From: Scenedesmus sp. PABB004
Taxonomy: Eukaryota
Assembly: GCA_014905635.1 (NCBI GenBank)
Contig: JABVCE010000003.1
Coordinates: forward strand, 372,001-436,000
Length of the DNA stretch: 64,000 nucleotides
Direction: 5' to 3'
Part shown: positions 59,602 to 64,000 of the stretch, piece after piece
Position numbering within the stretch: the stretch's first letter is position 1
Layout: the number at the start of each line of letters is the position of its first letter
Notes under the pieces: model-generated
What the model saw: only the letters and a program-made list of their open reading frames with translations
What the model was told of the DNA's origin: nothing
Database searches by the model: none
Translations under genes and position numbers: made by a program

Positions 59602-62145
59602 ATGGCCGTGATGCAGGCCTGGCGCGCCCGCGCGCGGCGGGGGGCCCTCGGGGCGCCCGAGCCGCGCCGGATGCGCCGGGGCGTCGCGCGGGCTGTCAGG
59701 GTCCAGGTGAGGCTGGGGCGCGCAAGCACAAGGGGCTGCCGGTGGCCGTGGACGGGCGAGCGCGCAGCGCAGTTGGCATGCGCCCTTTCATGCCCGCCGC
59801 CCGCCTCGCCGCCGCACCGCGCCGCGACGCCACACCCACAGGCCGTCGCGCAGCCGCGTGGGCTGCCGCGACGCCAGGCGTCGACGGCGGCGGACCCGGC
59901 GGCGGACCCGGCGGCGGCAACGCGCGCTGCTGCCGCGCGCCTCGACGGAGGCGCCGCCGCGGCCGCTGGCGCGGCGGCCCCGGGGGCCTCCGCCGAGACG
60001 GTGGCGCTGCGCTGGAGCATCGCGTGCGCCTGCGCGTTCGGGCAGCGCCTCGCGCTCGTGGGCAGCGCGCCGGAGCTGGGCGCGTGGGACCCGTCGCGCG
60101 CCCTGCTGCTGGAGTGGGCGGGCGCCGACGTGTGGCGCGCGCGCGCGGAGCTGCCGGCGCCGGTCGTGGGCAGCGCGGTGATCGACTACAAGTACGTCGT
60201 GCTGGACGCGGACGGCAGCGTGTCGCGCTGGCAGGAGGGCCCCAACACGGTGCTCGCGCTCTCGCGCGCGGCGCAGCACGCCAGCGCACGCGGGCCGCGG
60301 CCGTCACTGCTGCTGGTGGAGGACGCCTGGGCGCCGCCGCAGCGCGGCGCGACGCGGCACCACCTGCTGCTCGCGCCGCGCGCGGTCGACGCGGCGGCGG
60401 GCGCCGCGCGGCCGCAGCCGGCGAGAGCCACCGACCCGGCGCCGGCGCCGGCAGCCGCCGACCGGGCGCCGGCAGCTGTCGGCCCGGCGACGGCGACGGC
60501 GGCGGCGCCGGCGGGGCGCGCAGCGACGGCGGCGGCGTCGCCGCCGCCAGGGCCGGCGCGGCCCGCTGCACCGCCGCCAAAGCCGGTGCCGGCAGAGCGC
60601 GCGGCGCAGCCGCATGCCGGCCGGCACGGCCGCGCGGCCGGGCCAGCCGCGGCCGGGCCGGCCACGGCCGCGCCGGCGCGCAGCAGCGGCGGCGCTGCAG
60701 CCGTGCGGCGGAGCAGCAGCGAGCCGGCCGTTGCCCCTGGTGTGCCCACGCCCGCGGCCGCCGTGCACGCTGCCAGCGCAGCCGCTGGGGGCGGCGCGAC
60801 GCAGGCAGCCGGCAGCGGCGGCGACAGCCGCCTGGAGGGCGTCCGCGCCACGCCGGTCGCCGCCAGCCCGCCACTGCACTCTCAGGACGGGGGCAGCAGC
60901 GAGGCGGCGAGCAGGGCTGCGGGCGCGGCGGCTGCCAGCGCTGTTGGCGCGCCGCCGCCCAGCGTGGTAGTCAACCCCTATGCCAGCCGCCCCGCCCCCG
61001 GCTCCGCAGCTGCCGCCCCGACCGCCAGCGAGAGCTCGAGCGCTGGCGTCGGCGGCGCAGCGACCACGAGGGACGCCGCCACCGTCGGCGCCAGCCCGGC
61101 GAGCGCGCCCAGCGCGGCCCCGGGCGCTGCTCAGCCCCGGGCGCTGCCGCCGCTGCCTGCCGGGTGGGGCACGGCCGCGGCGGTGCTGGCCGAGGCCGCC
61201 GCCGGCGCGGCGGGGGTGGCCGCGCGCGCCGCTGCCACGGCCGCCGCGGCGGTCGGCGCCGCCGCAGCGGCGGCCCAGCAGGAGGCGGCGGCCGCGGCGG
61301 CAGCCGGCAAGGACGCCGGCGGCGGCGACGCCGCCAAGGCTGCGGCCAACGCGGTCGGCGCAGCGCTGGGGGCGGTGCTCAGCGGCATACAGAGGAGCGC
61401 GATCAGGAGCGGCGGCGACAGCGCCGACGGCAGCGCCGGCGACGGCGCCGCGCAGCTCGCGCAGGCGGGCGCCGCCGCGGGCGCCGCTGCGCGCGGGGCG
61501 TGGCGGGCGCTGCAGGCGGCGGCGAGCGGCGCGCTGGCGCACGCGCCGGCGAGCAAGCAGGCCGCGCCAGCCGGCGCCGCCTGGGCCGACGCCGCGCCCC
61601 CGCCGGGCGCGGCGCCTGCTGCCGCCCCGGCCCCGGGCGCCGTGCCGGCGCCGGCGGCGCCGCAGCAGCGGCAGCAGCAGCGCGCGCGCGCGGCCACGCG
61701 CGCCCGCGCCGCGGCGCGGCTTGACCGGCTGGCCGAGGCGCAGCGGCGGCTGCAGGAGCAGCGCGCCGTGCTGCTGCAGCACAAGGCCGAGCAGGCGGCG
61801 CTGCTGGCGCATCAGGCCGAGCAGGCCGCGCTGCTGGCAGAGCTGGAGCAGGCGCTGCCGCCGGGCGCGCTCGACCCGACCGCGTCGTGCGACGACCCCG
61901 CCCCGCTGGGGGAGGCGCCCGAGGTGGCGCGCGGCGTGCTGGACGCGCTGGCGCACTCGGCCGGCCTGCGCACCGCGCTGGGCCCGTGCGACCCGCACCT
62001 GCTGGCCGCCGACCGGCGCCTCGCGGCGGCGGCGGACGTGTTCCGCAGCCTCGGCCGCGACGAAGCCGGCGGCGGCCAGCGGGCGGCGGGCGCGCGCGCG
62101 GGCGAGCCCAGCAGCGCGCAGCGCGCGGAGGCCAGCGTGTGGTGA
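59602..62145 (+). CDS. CBM20 starch-binding protein with long Ala/Pro-rich linker and C-terminal coiled coil; possible in-frame intron 59707-59841
   Basis: V.LRWSI.C.C.FGQRLALVGSAPELGAWDPSRALLLEWAGADVWRA...IDYKYVV.......WQEGPN is a CBM20; RLDRLAEAQRRLQEQRAVLLQHKAEQ is coiled-coil-like; no catalytic domain recognised. Confidence 0.85.
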   Translation: MAVMQAWRARARRGALGAPEPRRMRRGVARAVRVQVRLGRASTRGCRWPWTGERAAQLACALSCPPPASPPHRAATPHPQAVAQPRGLPRRQASTAADPAADPAAATRAAAARLDGGAAAAAGAAAPGASAETVALRWSIACACAFGQRLALVGSAPELGAWDPSRALLLEWAGADVWRARAELPAPVVGSAVIDYKYVVLDADGSVSRWQEGPNTVLALSRAAQHASARGPRPSLLLVEDAWAPPQRGATRHHLLLAPRAVDAAAGAARPQPARATDPAPAPAAADRAPAAVGPATATAAAPAGRAATAAASPPPGPARPAAPPPKPVPAERAAQPHAGRHGRAAGPAAAGPATAAPARSSGGAAAVRRSSSEPAVAPGVPTPAAAVHAASAAAGGGATQAAGSGGDSRLEGVRATPVAASPPLHSQDGGSSEAASRAAGAAAASAVGAPPPSVVVNPYASRPAPGSAAAAPTASESSSAGVGGAATTRDAATVGASPASAPSAAPGAAQPRALPPLPAGWGTAAAVLAEAAAGAAGVAARAAATAAAAVGAAAAAAQQEAAAAAAAGKDAGGGDAAKAAANAVGAALGAVLSGIQRSAIRSGGDSADGSAGDGAAQLAQAGAAAGAAARGAWRALQAAASGALAHAPASKQAAPAGAAWADAAPPPGAAPAAAPAPGAVPAPAAPQQRQQQRARAATRARAAARLDRLAEAQRRLQEQRAVLLQHKAEQAALLAHQAEQAALLAELEQALPPGALDPTASCDDPAPLGEAPEVARGVLDALAHSAGLRTALGPCDPHLLAADRRLAAAADVFRSLGRDEAGGGQRAAGARAGEPSSAQRAEASVW

Positions 62146-62768
62146 GCGCGCCTGTTGGGAGTCGGCGGCTGCTGGCGTGTGCAGGAGCAGCGGCATGAAC
62201 CCAAACGACCGCGCCACAGGACCGGCGGGCACGCATGTGCCCTCAAGAGGGGGAGCGGCGGCGCGCGTGCTCCGAGCGCGCACGGAGCGCCCTTGCACAC
62301 GGCCGATTCAGTTCGCTCACGAGGCAGAGGAGGGTCACACGAGCACGCGCCACGGAGCGGAGGGGTTTTACTAGGTCGGTCGGGGGGTTGTGCATTCGTT
62401 GTGTGGTGCAGTACAGCGTGGTCGGGGTTGATGATGTTCCAACGCACGCACGCGCAGCTTGTACAGCACCCGTCTTCTGCTGCCGCGCTCACGGCCTCTC
62501 TCCCTGGAGTATGTACCGCCGCCCTGACGCCACGGTGGCGATGACGACACCCTGTGTAGACGTTTTTAGGACACCACTTCTGCACGGCGTGACCCGCGCA
62601 CCCGCGGCGACTGCTGGCCGCGTGCACACCGACTGACCGACAAGGAGGAGAAGAATGGCGCATGCAGAGTCTGTGTGGATGCAGAGACGAGCTGAAGAGG
62701 AGCGGCAGCGCTGCATTCACGCGCGCGTGAGCTCAAGGCGACGGCCGCCGCGCGCGTTGCGCCGCAGA

Positions 62769-62794
62769 CAAGACTGGAGTAAGACTGGAGTAAG
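62769..62794. repeat. 11-bp tandem repeat (aagactggagt x2.4) upstream of the SR gene
   Basis: caagactggagtaagactggagtaaga. Confidence 0.6.
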
Positions 62795-62974
62795 AGCGCC
62801 GACGACCGCTGGCCGGCGCTCTCCCACCCTCGCAGCAGCCAAGGCCGCCAGCTGAAGCGCCGGGGTGCCGCGCCGCGCTCGACGCTGCGCCGCCGCACCC
62901 CGCAGCGACCGCCGCCGCACCCTGCACACACCCGGCTCGCCAGCAGGCCGAGCGCGCACGACGCAGCAGGCATC

Positions 62975-63954
62975 ATGGGGGACGCCTCCGAGCGACCGGT
63001 GCGCGCTTGGGCGGGCCCGGGCGCTCGCCCCTGTGATTCCAAGCGCGGCGCGGCGCCCGGCCGCCCACGCGTCCTGCCGGCCGCAGATCTTTTGCGGCAA
63101 CTTTGAGTATGACGCGTCGGAGCGCTCCATCGTGGAGCTGTTCGAGAAGTACGGCAAGGTGACGCGCATCGACATGAAAACTGGTGAGCCCCGCGCCCAC
63201 AAGGCACATCTCGCGCCGCCCGACCACGGAGGCTGATCAAGTGACCGGCAACCATCGCGGGAGCACGCGCTCTGGCACCCGGGCGCCCGCCGCGGCCGCC
63301 ACGGCGGAGCGAGCAGCGGCGGCGGCCGCCAACGCGAGGCAGCGACTGTCGGCAGCGCCCCTTGGCCCATCCGGCATCCCTCCCAGCGCATCACCCCCAC
63401 CGCATCCCGGTGCCCCACCAGCCATCACCGGCAGCCGCGCATCCCTCCCCCGCACGACAGCGGCAGCCGCCGACTGCCGCCGAGCGCCAGCCGCCAGCGG
63501 CAGCGGCATCCCGCAGAGCGGCAAGGCCATCATGCGCACACACACGCATCCGTCTCTCTGCTGCGGGCCACATGCTGCGCATCGCGGCGCCGTTCGTGCC
63601 CAACCCCCATCCCCGCTGCCCTGCCGCTCACCCCGCCGCTCCGGCGAGGTATGGCGTCCTCCTGCTCTGCACCCCCCCCCCCACACACACACCTCACACC
63701 ACTACCCCACACCACTCGCACGCGCACGCACGCACCTGCACCTGCACCGGCGACCGGGCAGCGGGGGCGGCTCGGGCGTGGATCGCCGCCACGGGGCGCG
63801 GCTGCGCTTGCTGGCCGGCGCCGCGCGCCTGCCGCTGACGCCGCCCGCCCCTGCCCGCCCGCCCGCCCCCCCCCCTTGTGGCGCACGCAGGCTTCGCGTT
63901 TGTCTACATGTCTGACGAGCACGACGCCAAGGACGCCATCCGCGCCCTCGACAG
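62975..63954 (+). CDS. RS-subfamily SR splicing factor (RS31/RS40-like), 5' part only; exons 62975-62998, 63087-63183, 63891-63954
   Basis: MGDASERP|IFCGNFEYDASERSIVELFEKYGKVTRIDMKT G|FAFVYMSDEHDAKDAIRALD matches RRM1 of plant RS-subfamily proteins (RP.F.GNFEY...D.KSG.AFVY.EDERDAEDAIR.LD). Confidence 0.92.
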
Positions 63955-64000
63955 GCAAGACCTGGCCGCCGCGGCGCGCTGCGGGGAGCAGCGGCGGCAG

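Noticed and set aside
62425..62640. Possible box C/D snoRNA pair (TGATGA about 62429 with CTGA about 62524; ATGACGA about 62541 with CTGA about 62633)
   Set aside because: Terminal stems are weak and I could not recognise an rRNA-antisense element; the region may simply be 3'UTR or promoter. An Infernal or snoscan search would settle it.

Overview
This is eukaryotic nuclear DNA with very high GC (roughly 75-80% by eye). It is gene-dense, with many short introns (mostly 80-200 nt) and TGTAA polyadenylation signals. These traits and the gene set point to a chlorophyte green alga, probably Chlorophyceae/Sphaeropleales (inference). Splicing by hand gives about 20 protein-coding genes; most long ORFs in the six-frame track are GC shadow frames or read through introns. 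In order: CBM20 + coiled-coil protein (partial), subtilase, PP2A methylesterase, Dof transcription factor, agmatine deiminase, NBP35, hnRNP F/H-like triple-qRRM protein, YlmH/Sll1252 S4 protein, KHA/ubiquitin-like membrane-anchored protein, ALF4/glomulin-like protein, importin beta-1, ALG13, small membrane protein, atypical homeodomain + BTB protein, eEF2, GT61 glycosyltransferase, giant zinc-knuckle + USP protein, alpha/beta hydrolase, second CBM20 protein, RS-subfamily SR splicing factor (partial). The most interesting observations are: (1) pervasive AG|GC donor introns, including 5 of 10 in importin beta; (2) a CBM20/coiled-coil protein with an NWRQEL Rubisco-binding-type motif; (3) a homeodomain-like + KCTD-type BTB fusion; (4) a USP53/54-type deubiquitinase fused to a CCHC knuckle array; (5) a ~270-bp repeat with imperfect inverted ends present in two promoter regions. 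Several 1-nt frameshifts are probably assembly errors. Intron boundaries were inferred manually and are not transcript-verified.
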